Source: Sphaeroforma arctica JP610 (taxonomy: Eukaryota). Taken from it: a stretch of 53,334 nt of DNA. Every line of letters begins with the position of its first letter. Position 1 is the stretch's first letter. This document shows, one piece after another, positions 1 to 12,437 of the stretch. The notes beneath the pieces were generated by a model that did no database searches, was not told where the DNA came from, and was given only the letters and a program-made list of their open reading frames with translations. The DNA lies in assembly GCF_001186125.1 (NCBI RefSeq), contig NW_014040209.1, positions 1-53,334 on the forward strand. The letters run 5' to 3'. The translations under genes were made by a program, and so were the position numbers.

Positions 1-2331
1 TTATATGTATCTATGTATCAATGTATATATGTAACGTTAATATGTCATATATATCTATATATATGTATGTATATATATATATATATATATATAGATATAG
101 ACATAGATATATATATATAGATATATATATATATATACATGTATTTTTGTGTGTATGTATGTATGTATATATATATATAGGGTTTAGGGTTTATGTAGTA
201 GACATACATACTTCAAAATTCAGTATTTCGAGTTGGAAAGCACGCAGATTGATATAGCCTTCTAGTTTTTTTTTATGGAGAATAGGAGAATCGAGGCAAA
301 ATGGCCGACGGTTCCTATGGGTTATACTCTACTATTATATATCCTATCGAAATTAGATCATATTTTTGTCCGCTAGAGATTGTATTATGTAGTATATTGT
401 TGCTTACTGCTTTTTTTTAATATGCTTCACATCAGTCGCAGCTCACATGCGTTGATTCAAATCTTCCAAGTGACAGTCCCCTTGAAATGTATTGGTTTCA
501 TAAAACATTGTCTCCTGTGTTAATGATCGCCTATCGTGAGACTTAACTAAAAAATTAAAGTCACTTGAGAGATGAGACTTGAGCAGTCAATATAAAATGA
601 CAAGAATGTTTGGGTTCAGAAGCGCATTTTAGCGCACACGGTTTCTTGAGGAAAAGTTTAACCCGAACCTCGGGTTGTGATTAAGACTGGTTTTCTCACT
701 TTTCACTTTTGAGTGATTTACACTTTACTCTCCAAAAAAGTCCAAAATAAATAGATCGAGAGATCAGATTAATCTCTGATGAAAGAAAACTGGTAAAAAA
801 AAACGCCTATTGCCGAATAGGAACCGTTGACTCTGAGAGTAAATATTATATACAATAAATATGTTGAAAGGATATTTATTTATCCTGGCTCTCTCACACA
901 ACGTCACAACAAGAAGTAACACACACACTCACAAGTCACAGTCTCATAACACAGTCACACTGCAAAATAAATACATACACTAAGACACACAACAGTTGAA
1001 CACAAGAAGCGAGAGAGAGAAAAGTTCACAACAACAAGGAGAATCTCTCACAAGAAGTACTCTCAACACAAGAAGAGTATTCAACTGCTCCAAGAAGTCA
1101 AGATATTCTCACAGCCGACTAAAATCAAAAATCAGCTGTGTCACTCGTAGTCCCGTTTTAATTATCATTTTCAGTACTGTAGGACTGTAGCCGCAGAGCT
1201 ACCATGTCATTATTATGTATCGATCTGTACGTTTTCTTATTGCATTTTGTAAAAGCACATAATTATTTTATAATAAATAAGAATGTGAACCCAATTTGTA
1301 CGAATACTTAACCTCAAATTGGCAGAATCCAAAACTTAATCAAAATTCTTTCCTAACGTGATTATTGATTAAGAATAAGATAGTATTCGTGTCAAAGCGG
1401 TGGTTCTTAATAATAAATTCCTAATGCATACTTCTTATTTCTTAATTAAGCCAGTTTTCTGCTTCAATTTGATTTCTTAATAATGGTCGACATATTTTAA
1501 GTAAGATAGCTTTCATATTTCTTAAACATTTATTATTTGGCGCCCAATCACATGGAGATAATATGTATATTCATATATTCGTATATTTACATACTACAGT
1601 ATACAGGCCTACAGCTTTAACAGACCACAACATTAAAGCTTTGCTCGGTATAGATCAATAACTATCCACAACGAACAAGTAGGACAAGTAAATAACATGG
1701 CCAGTAGACGTAATCTTTTTCCAAAGTGGAGACCATATACACCAGAAATGCTCAATATTCTCAACAATCGTCCAGAGATATGGCAGGCCATATTGCGATA
1801 TCCTCCTATTGACAGGAATTACGATCCGAGTCTGATGGATACATTTACGAGTCAATCTTTCTGACTAATATGTACGGATGCTAATATAGTCAGTCTGCCC
1901 AAAGACTAATACGTTGCTGTAGATGTGTGTAAAGGTAATCGGCGATACCATGTAGCTGATTGCTTCGACTGGTATACACGTGTGGGGTGCATAGGATCTG
2001 TGTCTTGAGACTCCATTACGAATATAAATGAACATCTACAGATTGGAGAGGCAGCGCGTAAAATGCTCTATGTATCCGCTAACGACGACAATCACATAAA
2101 AATAAAAGTGACAGTGATAGGCTTGATTAATCAAGGTACAATCGTTTCCGTCGTCGAAAACGATGCTCTACATCAAAATACCCTAAAACCCTAAAACCCT
2201 AATCGATGAAACTATGTAAAAATTATTAAAAAAATGAATAAAAAAGTATAATATTATANNNNNNNNNNNNNNNNNNNNNNNNNNNNNNNNNNNNNNNNNN
2301 NNNNNNNNNNNNNNNNNNNNNNNNNNNNNNN

Positions 2332-2368
<37 letters not shown>

Positions 2369-2586
2369 ACATTTTCATATCATTATAAAAACGACTGTAT
2401 TGTATCATATGTCGGGTATAAATATTCGTACACACATCATCCAACATCCTAACTAATGTCCTCAAAGATCAACTAATATTCAACAACGGGTATCATCAAT
2501 AAATTTCAATTTTTATTTGAGTGATTTACACAAAATATTTACGATCAGTATGCGTTTGTATAGTTTGTGTAACAGTATGTGCCAAC

Positions 2587-2835
2587 TATGATTTATGTGT
2601 ACACACACGTGCTTTTGTGCCATATATTTAATTCCTGCTGCATGTTGTGCATGTTTTTCCTTGCTATTGTCTCCATAGGTGAGGTCCGACGTTGTATTTG
2701 AATCGGTGGGGTTTTTCGGTTCAAAACCGGTGTTGCACTGCATCTATGGAGACAATAGCAAGGGCAAACATGCGGGGCATACAGCACATATTAAACACAT
2801 AGTACAAAAGCATGTGTGTGTACACATAAATCATA
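2587..2835. repeat. Foldback / MITE-like inverted repeat (~92-bp arms, 65-bp spacer)
   Basis: 2587-2678 (TATGATTTATGTGTACACACAC...CTTGCTATTGTCTCCATAG) is the imperfect reverse complement of 2744-2835, and both outer ends are TA. Confidence 0.85.
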
Positions 2836-3351
2836 CTCATGCGCACATGCACACAGATGAGACATTGTGTGTTTATTTAAGGCTATAAATTAGAATAAGA
2901 TTATTTCACAAGTATAGAGTTTACTTATGAATTTAACCTAACATCGAAAACCTCGATAGGTACTTCAAAAGTACGAAAAGTTATTCTTACCACAATTTTG
3001 GCATGAAATTCAGTGGTACTTTCCATGTACGTATCCTCATTATAGTTGCTGTCCTGCTCGATGTTGGTTTTTCTGCTTTTACAATATCTTACTTGTAGTG
3101 GTTCCTCATTTACGATGACCACACTTTCGATATACAGAGGTGCTGTCATAGGATTTCCTTTAAATAAAATTCGACCAAAGCTCAACTGGACCTCGCTGTC
3201 ATGTATCAGTTTCCAGCTCGTATTGGCATAGTATGCACCAAACCATCTTACAACATCCCCTAAAGTTTGAAGGGTGTGACCATAAGCGGGACGTAGTTGA
3301 GTTATCGTCGAATTCGCAGCTTCATTGGTATGCTCATTGATGTTGCCTCAG

Positions 3352-3610
3352 TTAGCTGATAAATTTAGTTGAGGTAACGCATTCTTTTTGGAGCTTGATT
3401 ACACCACGTAGGGTACGCTTCCCCATATAAGATCGGAAGTGAGATACACATATCCATCGTCTATTACTGAAATATTTTGGAAAAGCTAGTAGTTTTCGGA
3501 AACAATCGTCATTCTTTCGTAGCTTTGTGACCCATTTCTGGCGTACTTCAGTATTTGTCGGGAATCTCACTAGATGGGTGCTGCCTTTACACGTTAAAAC
3601 ACTACACTGT
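3352..3610 (-). pseudogene. THAP (C2CH) zinc-finger domain remnant
   Basis: CSVLTC..LVRFP..RQKW..ICVSHF gives C-x4-C-x46-C-x2-H with the conserved FP, W and HF residues, followed by a degenerate AVPT box (KLQKECVTS). There is no in-frame ATG close upstream, and a stop follows directly. Confidence 0.7.
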
Positions 3611-4646
3611 GGTGACCATGAGTGATGGGTCTGTGAATGACAACATATATAATGTAGTGATCTGTAATATATTCCCCGTTGTATCGCTGTTTTGACGATC
3701 ACGTAATCACGTTGCCAGAATAAGTTGGCCCATAAATTTAATTTTGACCTCTAAAATTCAATACCAATTTGAATACTTTCAATATTTTCCGTAGTCAAAA
3801 GAAGGTAGCCCCAACTTGCGCTTTGACTTGCTGACACTTCCATATGTCCCCAAATAGTCTATAAAGTGTTTTGTGTACAAATGTGACCTTGCTTGTAACG
3901 TGTACAAAAATATAGGACATGTCGATTGAATAATGTATAATAAGTGCTATGTCAGCTTGAATTTGTTTCACAATACTGTTGAATTCGACTGCCACAACTA
4001 AATATTCATCGTAACCACCCAATATACAAGGTATGTGACCATCCACATACTTTCATTAGTTTTAGTTGGTTACACTCTGGGATCAGTATTATGAGTATAA
4101 CAGCAAATTGATCACTATATATGTGGGTTTTCGGTATGCACAAGTGTACATGTGTGTACATGTTTACGCATGTGTGTACACATTTGTATGCACATATATA
4201 TATGTGTGTGTATGTGTTTACTGTATGTGTTTACGCATGTGTTCACTAACAATACGACATCATTCAAATGTATACTAATATATTGCATTGTATCTATACA
4301 GAGCAATCCATTAAGGAATCCTCAGCTTTCACACCTTCCTCTTAATGGACTCTGCATAGTATATTATCTGTATATACCACGCTTTATTGTTAGTTATTAT
4401 CTTCCATGGCCTTTGTATTTCGGGTTTTAGGGTTTAGGATTTTGTATGTGTGTAGTTGTGTACACGTATGGAACTATGTATGCACAGGTGTACATATTTT
4501 TAATGTGTTTGTGTATGTGTTTAAGCGTATGGGCTTACGCATGTATGTACACGTATGTATGCACATGTATATATGTGTGTATATGTTTACTGTATCTATT
4601 CACGCATACAGTCACTAACAATAGCCTGGGAATACAACTCTACTCA

Positions 4647-5350
4647 ATGGCCAGCACAAATCCACTTACCCCTCTGACGCAACCCGCCTGGGCCCACGAC
4701 AAACCATCACTGCGCTTCCCGTACAGTATCTATGCTCACCTGAAAACTGTACACAAAACCACGGGCGGGCGTACACCCGACCATGTAGCCCTCCGCCAAC
4801 GCTGTGACGACACCAGGAAGAACTCAACAAAACGTTTGTCCAACAAGAAGATCGCGGCAATGGCCCGGCGCCAATACTACTACCAACTGGTTATGGGTAA
4901 ACCGCCAACCTCAAACCGAGACACAGCCAGACACGACAGCTTCAATCGCTGCTTCGAGTCTACACCAATTCGGCTCTGTGCTATGATTGTAACGAACACG
5001 TACATGTTCACATTGCTCGACTACTGCACCGACGGCTGTCTCTACCCTGTCTGCCCCGGTAGCCACAAGTTGACTACCAGCCACTTTTCCTGCATCCAAC
5101 AACTGATTCAACGCATCCTGGTAGGCCCAAAACAGCCGCCCATTGGCCCTGACCTCCTTCAGCAATTACAGGAGTGCCACGACTTCCACGGTATTTGGAC
5201 CCTCCACGAACACATTGGATCTTTTCTCCAGCATGTTGAAGAACCACTGTACCCTCACCCGTCCCTGACACATCAACAGATATTCCCCATACCCCAACTA
5301 ATCACGCTGTTGAAGTACTACTTCCAAATTTTGGTTCAAATCCGATCCAG
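4647..5350 (+). CDS. Orphan intronless ORF (>234 aa), truncated by an assembly gap, inside the TIR-bounded element
   Basis: ATG at 4647 (MASTNPLTPL...). The frame is C-rich and stop-free until the N run at 5351, contrasting sharply with the AT-rich flanks. No recognisable domain. Confidence 0.55.
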
Positions 5351-6759
5351 NNNNNNNNNNNNNNNNNNNNNNNNNNNNNNNNNNNNNNNNNNNNNNNNNN
5401 NNNNNNNNNNNNNNNNNNNNNNNNNNNNNNNNNNNNNNNNNNNNNNNNNNNNNNNNNNNNNNNNNNNNNNNNNNNNNNNNNNNNNNNNNNNNNNNNNNNN
5501 NNNNNNNNNNNNNNNNNNNNNNNNNNNNNNNNNNNNNNNNNNNNNNNNNNNNNNNNNNNNNNNNNNNNNNNNNNNNNNNNNNNNNNNNNNNNNNNNNNNN
5601 NNNNNNNNNNNNNNNNNNNNNNNNNNNNNNNNNNNNNNNNNNNNNNNNNNNNNNNNNNNNNNNNNNNNNNNNNNNNNNNNNNNNNNNNNNNNNNNNNNNN
5701 NNNNNNNNNNNNNNNNNNNNNNNNNNNNNNNNNNNNNNNNNNNNNNNNNNNNNNNNNNNNNNNNNNNNNNNNNNNNNNNNNNNNNNNNNNNNNNNNNNNN
5801 NNNNNNNNNNNNNNNNNNNNNNNNNNNNNNNNNNNNNNNNNNNNNNNNNNNNNNNNNNNNNNNNNNNNNNNNNNNNNNNNNNNNNNNNNNNNNNNNNNNN
5901 NNNNNNNNNNNNNNNNNNNNNNNNNNNNNNNNNNNNNNNNNNNNNNNNNNNNNNNNNNNNNNNNNNNNNNNNNNNNNNNNNNNNNNNNNNNNNNNNNNNN
6001 NNNNNNNNNNNNNNNNNNNNNNNNNNNNNNNNNNNNNNNNNNNNNNNNNNNNNNNNNNNNNNNNNNNNNNNNNNNNNNNNNNNNNNNNNNNNNNNNNNNN
6101 NNNNNNNNNNNNNNNNNNNNNNNNNNNNNNNNNNNNNNNNNNNNNNNNNNNNNNNNNNNNNNNNNNNNNNNNNNNNNNNNNNNNNNNNNNNNNNNNNNNN
6201 NNNNNNNNNNNNNNNNNNNNNNNNNNNNNNNNNNNNNNNNNNNNNNNNNNNNNNNNNNNNNNNNNNNNNNNNNNNNNNNNNNNNNNNNNNNNNNNNNNNN
6301 NNNNNCCACTATGAGAGCCATACCATATGTTCATACATTGTAACATACATACTTGTCATTTTTTGAAATAAATAATATTATCCCTAACAATTCGCTTTCG
6401 CGCTTATTTTATGAGGAAAGATAATAATCATGGTATGTGTTCTAATGTCGATTGCTTTATTATTTTTTATATACACAAGCGTATAGGTATGTGTACATGC
6501 AATTAGACATGAACACATGTCTATACGAAAATGTAAACCGATTTTTATTTATATTATATACTTATTGTTATACTATCGCAGATGAAGACTGTCTCCACTA
6601 TGGTATTTAAACATATGGTTAAATAATTATTCTATTCTATAGATGCTTTATCAAAGTATTGGCAGTCGCACAAGCTTAATGGGATCGACGGATTTCACCC
6701 CAATCCCCATCAGGCTAGTGTGCTGTCAGGAATTAAATAGTTGTCTCAAATATCATTTG

Positions 6760-8901
6760 CTTCATCTTCGTAATCCTCCAGTATCTCGGTCAATGGCGGC
6801 AACAGACTTGAGTTCCGTCGCAACTGTCGCCTTGTCTGTCAAGTGTTTCTCCAGACTAGACCCGGAAACAGTACTGAGAGGATTATTTATAGGCAATGTC
6901 TCAGCCTCACAATTCCTCAGAGTATTGCTGTTTTCACGAGCCAAACCTAACTTTATTAAACGTCTCATTTCGTTTATTTATATCGATATTTAAACGATAC
7001 TTAGAATTTACCTACGCGTTTATTTATTCTAAGGTATTAGTATCTCCTTTGTTAGACCGAATTTTACAACATTTGATCCTTGTGGAGCGGGTGGAGATAA
7101 TAGTTAACTAGTGTATCAATATTCGGCTTCTGTGGAAAGTAATGCAAGATGTTCTCTCGAAGTCTAACGCGATAAGCCAGTATTGCCTCAGTTAGGGTTT
7201 CTTCGCTTGTAATCTCGTATTCTTATTTTGGCCCCGTTGATTTGGCCACTTCGATACTAATATCATCCCCCAAGAGAAGTTTGCAATCGAGTACATGTTC
7301 CATGGAATCCGCCAAGATGTCGTTCGCAGATTGTATATTCATCTGGCACTGCATCAATGGGCGAGTACTTGCTAAGAATTCTCGCCGTACGTACTTCGCG
7401 TATATGTTTTGTGCTTTTGAATTTATCTCTTTGAATCTTGCCTCTTGCGGTGCCCCACAGACTATCAGTCCCTGGTAAACTCTCTTTTGGATCATCTATC
7501 CTGGATATCAGGATAATTTAGATCGTCTCTCTTGACCATTAAATACAAAAGTGCAACATGTCGGATACAGGTTTACTATCGTAAGCACGAAAAAGACCTG
7601 ATCCGAACCACAGAGGTAGGTACGCTATTTAGTAGGTCAGAAAGCGAATACGTGACACACTCGATGGTGTCAGAATTTTGTAAGCACCGGCCTGAATTGA
7701 CCCAGCGCATATCCTTCATTGTCGATTCACTTGGTCCAAGCTTCAACAGGGAAGTTACTGACCATTTCTTCCCATCTATCTTCCCCGAACCACTATAACG
7801 GCTATGAGAGCCATATCATATGTACAAACATTGTAACTTAACTCCTTTGAAATAAATAATATTATCCCTATCGTAAGCTGGTGTATTCACATCTTTCATA
7901 GCTTCCTGGTTGTATGCGTCTAAAAGATTCTCAAAGATATTGAGTTGCTTTTCTACACTTTCTTTGTGTAGTCCCTTTTTGTTGTACTCGAATACCTCTC
8001 GCATTTTGTCGGTTGCTGTCACTAACGAACCTCCAATAGAAATTTTCAATACTAATGCTACACGATGTGCACTGCATCCTAATACAAAGTTTGCACATAG
8101 CCATTCTGTTTGGATGAATTATCTGATGTCGCACTATGTATTATCTGTCGCATGTCTAGTTTACCATTAACACTATTTTCTTTTCCAGCTCGAAATGTTG
8201 TATTTTGTTTTCTGATAGCATTTTCTAATATCAGCAAATACTTCCGTATTGTATCAGGTGTTGCAGGTGTGTATTGAGAGTGGGGATTCGTAGGCACCGC
8301 CAGTGCTGCGTTGATCCATTCCCTAAGCTCGGGTTTCCTTTCGAGTTCAAAAGAAAGATCTTTTTTGCAACACATCGCACCTAAAAGCAGAACTATAGTT
8401 CATACGTGGTCGCTTGCTGGAAGAACCAAAACCCATAATACTCTGCTGCCACCCATTCTTGTTCGCTTGCTTCTTCAGTTGTCTGGTGACTAACTTGCTA
8501 ATATCATCATAACACTCTTTATCGTGCTTTTATTTCCGTAATGAATGATGGTGTTATTAGCGTTCTTACGGTTCCAAACATACATCCTGTCGTTATCACA
8601 ATATCTACAGATGGCCTTATTGCAGTCATTTTCGTCTACTTTAAACTTTGTAGCCGCGAAATCAAGTTTTTTTTGTAGCCGCGAAATCGAGTTTTTGTAT
8701 CTTAGTGAACCCTCGGTAGAACTTTAAATAACTATACTGTGACCCACTTACAGCGTCAACATTGATGAGTTCCTTGTACACTTTGGATGTTGATTGCACT
8801 TTTCTTTGTGCTTGACTGCACGTTTTCAGAGCTCGCCGTGTCCTTTCCAGTCGGTGGGCTGCTGACTGTCTCTGTAGCTGCCCTTCCCTCGGGATCCTCA
8901 C
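6760..8901 (-). pseudogene. Frameshifted, stop-disrupted transposase-like gene (BED-type zinc finger, hAT-like)
   Basis: A chain of minus-strand ORF fragments. KAICRYC..NANNTIIHYGNK(K)H is a C2H2/BED-like finger whose last His needs a 1-nt frameshift near 8530; it is followed by a PIP-like QQSIMGF. The segment EFLASTRPLMQCQMNIQSANDILADSMEHV weakly resembles the hAT helical region. A 26-bp duplication at 8647-8688 breaks the frame. No DDE triad was identified. Confidence 0.45.
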
Positions 8902-11900
8902 TAGTTGCCGCCATACTAATCTACAATCCGACGTACAATATATCTAACTATAGAAACGAAATAAATTTACACTCTGATTACTGAACATACTAGATATATG
9001 ATTTTAGTCACCATGTGAGCGAAAATAAGATAAAATAAGAATGTATCCCGTTTCTTAAAAAAAATATAATATCGGGATCTGCTTATTTCGTATGAAGAAC
9101 ATAATCGGCCATATTCCTATTTTCTTAATTAAGAAATAAAATATTTCTTAAAGTCCGACTAAGTGCTACATACTTCTTAAATTCCTAATTCCGAAATTTG
9201 ATTTCCTTACGTAAATCTTAATTTTAAAAATCAGGAATGGACCTTAATACGTATTTCTTACAAAAATTACGGCAATTATTTCTCTTATATTTTTATGTTA
9301 ATAATGGCATGGTAGCTGGCTATAGGCTGTTGAAGTGTCGAGTCACTCGAGTGTCGGGCTGTCGGGCTGTCGGCTGACTCGGCTGACTCGGCTCACTCTT
9401 ACGGCTATAGCCGGCTACCTGCGTCCTGCTGTACCATTTTAAAAAGCTGTAGTACATATGTATGTACCTATAGTCCCCTGTATTTTATTGAAAAACACGG
9501 ACAGTGTCAGTCTGTCAGACTGTCAGTCACTCGGTGGAATAGTAAATAGGTTTTTAGGCGCCTGTCAGTCTGTCCCTGATTCGTTCTTGCGGGGGCTCTT
9601 TCCAGCCGTAATTCGGGATCCTAGTTTGAATACTCACGAAGTCACGAGTCTTCGACAGGTCGCAGGATTCCAATCCAGACTCCAGAGTCCAGGGTATCGA
9701 GGTCAGTCCAGGAGTCCAGGACCCCAGGGCCCAGGACCGAATTTTATTAGCGGGGCCGGGGATTTTACTAAAATATTATTTAAATACATATTTACATAGC
9801 CTGAAACTTCGTCTCGTCATATTTTTTTGAAACAAGGGTTTTGAATCCTGAAAACGGCTGAAGACAGTCCTGAACTCTGAAAAACTCTTGTGAACTTCTG
9901 CATTCTCTGACCGCTGACTCGCTGTCGCTCACCTCCAGTCGCCGCAGTCCCCCTCTCCATCTCTACTACTAGTAGTAGAGCTGACTACTAGAGCTCTCTC
10001 TGAGAGAGAGTGTGTGTGTCACTGACTCACTGTGTCAGACATTCAGAGTCGATCAGACTTCACACAGTATTTTTTCTGTGTCTATATTAAAAAAAGATTT
10101 TATATGTATCACAGTGTAAATATATAACAAGTACACAAAGGTAGCCTTCTAAAAATATTTATTAAAAAAACACATATTTGACATGTATTGTTAAAAAAAC
10201 GAGTTTAATATAAAAAAAACAATTAAAGGGGATTGTTGTAAAAGCATGCTATAGCTCTATAGCCATGGTCTGATTGCCTAAATTGTATGTATATTATTTT
10301 TAAATATTACATCTACAATAAAAAAATATAAACCAACAAGGTATAAAAAAAAACTAAAGGATTGCCGTTCTGTTTCAATCTATTTAGGACTATGGTTCGC
10401 ATTTTTTTTCATTTTTTAAGGGGCAGGCCAAGAGTGTTTCAGGTCTTTTGGGAACTTTGTATTTTTTTTTGACGTCACTCTGAAATTGTAAAATCCAACA
10501 AAAGTATTTTTTCTTTTATTATAAAAAAGGAAAAAAATGAGAAATATTTACTTCATGTCTTTAGGGTTACCCCACGCACCCCCCCCCCCCATTGATCATT
10601 AGATTTTTGGTTCATTTTGTACTTTTAAAATTTTTGTATACGTTAGGCACAATTTGATAATATAATACACATTGGCCAACGATATCATGTATGTCGAGCT
10701 AAAATATTTGATGTCGTAAACGATAAAGAAAAAAGAGAGAAACTCTCCCTATACATACTATATAAAATACAGTCACATTTTGTTTTGTAAATATCGAATA
10801 GGTTATTTCAATTACGACAATAGTAGGGTTTAGGAATCTACAAGGTACTAGGGCAAAATTCGGGTTCAAATTGTATTTGTTCCCCCCCCCCCCCCTTTGT
10901 ATTTTGGGCCCAAAATGAACCCAAAAACAAAATAGCACATCCTATCCCCCTTATAAATACAGAGTACAATCAATACTTATTGAATAACTGATATTTATTT
11001 TACTCCCTTCTTGTTTTGTGTCAGTGTGAACTAAAAACTGTAATACTGATGAGCTGTGACGCCGGTGAGTCTGTGAGACTGAGACTGTGAGTCTGTGAGT
11101 CTGCGAGTCTGTGCCACTGTGCCACTGTGAGTCATGCCTGACAGAGTGAGGGCTGAGTCAGCCGGAGTGCCTGAGGGCCTGAGAGCTTGAGGCTGCTCAC
11201 TGAGATTCTGAGAATGCTTTATGATTTTATGAATAGAAATAGCCTTCTGAATTCAGCACAAGAAGAGAGGAGAACTTGAGAAGGCTATGGAGAATGTGTC
11301 AATGTCGATAATTATTTTTTTACAAAATATTTATTTCATATGGGTCCAAGACTTAAGACTCCAAGACTCCAACTCCACAAGAGAGAACACAGTCCAGAAG
11401 GACAATTTATAATAATAATAAATTCTGGGCCCTCCTCTCCCGGCTCCTACCTGAGTTGAACTTCTGACCCTGAACCTGGGGTCTGGGACCTGGAGGCTGG
11501 GGCTTGGGGACTGGGGCTTGGGAACTGGGGTCTGGGGGTAATAAATTTTTGGTCACTTTGACTTGTGCCGAAACTTCTGGAATCCGGATCGATTTTTTTT
11601 ACATGTCCCCGCACTCATTTGGTACTTTTTCCGAGGCTAATAGCCAATCATAAGTTGTCTATTTATAAACTTGTTGATTTTCGACGACTTTGTATGCATA
11701 CTCCTGAAAGTTGAAAGTGGTATATCACTGATCAGGCGGAGACCAGAGGCCCATAGCATACTACATGAATATTATGTACCCTCGATTTAGAGTATAGGGT
11801 CTATGCAATATACATTATACAATGCACATATAAAACACACTGGAGACGCAATACGTAGTTGCATAATAGTACAAACTACAGATATTATAGAACCAAACAC

Positions 11901-11987
11901 CCGCTGCGCTAGTGCCATCCCGGCTGCCTATCAATCTCTTTCTCATCGGATATGTTCTCTCTTTTTCGTACCAAAACGAGCTATGAT

Positions 11988-12437
11988 ATGGCCTCGGAAG
12001 CTGCTGTGAACGCATCCGGCAGCAGTAAGCATAGCAAACTCCCCGTACGTCCCTGGCCCTTCCTAGCGTCAGCCTCCAAGAACGCGTTACCTCGTAAGTC
12101 GTGCCCGGCTGTCTTACTTGCCAATCCAAACTTTGCTGATCAATCAGGAAGACGAGTGTTTTCTTCGGGTGCGAATGCCAATGGCGCTCAAATTGCGGCG
12201 ATGAGTCAGGCAAAAGCTTCTAACAATCTCCCAGGGGACTATGCTTTGTACCGGAACAATAGCGAGAGTGACTCAGAACAGTCTAATTGCAGCGTGGAGA
12301 CCAGTCCCGCACACTCCCCTACGGTTAGTATGATGTTCATGCAAGGAACGGATCCCACAAACGAGATCAGGCGTCAGGAAAGTAACACCCTGGCGGAGTA
12401 TGGTCTGGATATAACTGTCGGAAGTGGCAAGTACTAA
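11988..12437 (+). CDS. Hypothetical Ser/Ala/Asn-rich protein (~150 aa), possibly with a short second exon after 12500
   Basis: Open frame with coding-like composition. A pyrimidine tract plus CAG acceptor lies at 12500 and AATAAA at 12910. No recognisable domain. Confidence 0.4.
   Translation: MASEAAVNASGSSKHSKLPVRPWPFLASASKNALPRKSCPAVLLANPNFADQSGRRVFSSGANANGAQIAAMSQAKASNNLPGDYALYRNNSESDSEQSNCSVETSPAHSPTVSMMFMQGTDPTNEIRRQESNTLAEYGLDITVGSGKY

Larger units (their letters stand above)
1197..9317. mobile_element. Putative decayed composite DNA transposon (~8.1 kb including gaps) with terminal inverted repeats
   Basis: The left end AGCTACCATGTCATTATTA (from 1197) matches the reverse complement of the right end (~9299-9317, AGCTACCATGCCATTATTA) with 1 mismatch. 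Both ends carry ~300-bp arrays of TTCTTAA/TAAGAA motifs (1260-1530; 9020-9300). Internal BED-like and THAP remnants are present. No clear target-site duplication. Confidence 0.6.

Noticed and set aside
5302..6346. Long ORFs spanning N runs (also 38960-39883) and YI/CV/HT-repeat ORFs
   Set aside because: These are artefacts of assembly gaps and microsatellites.
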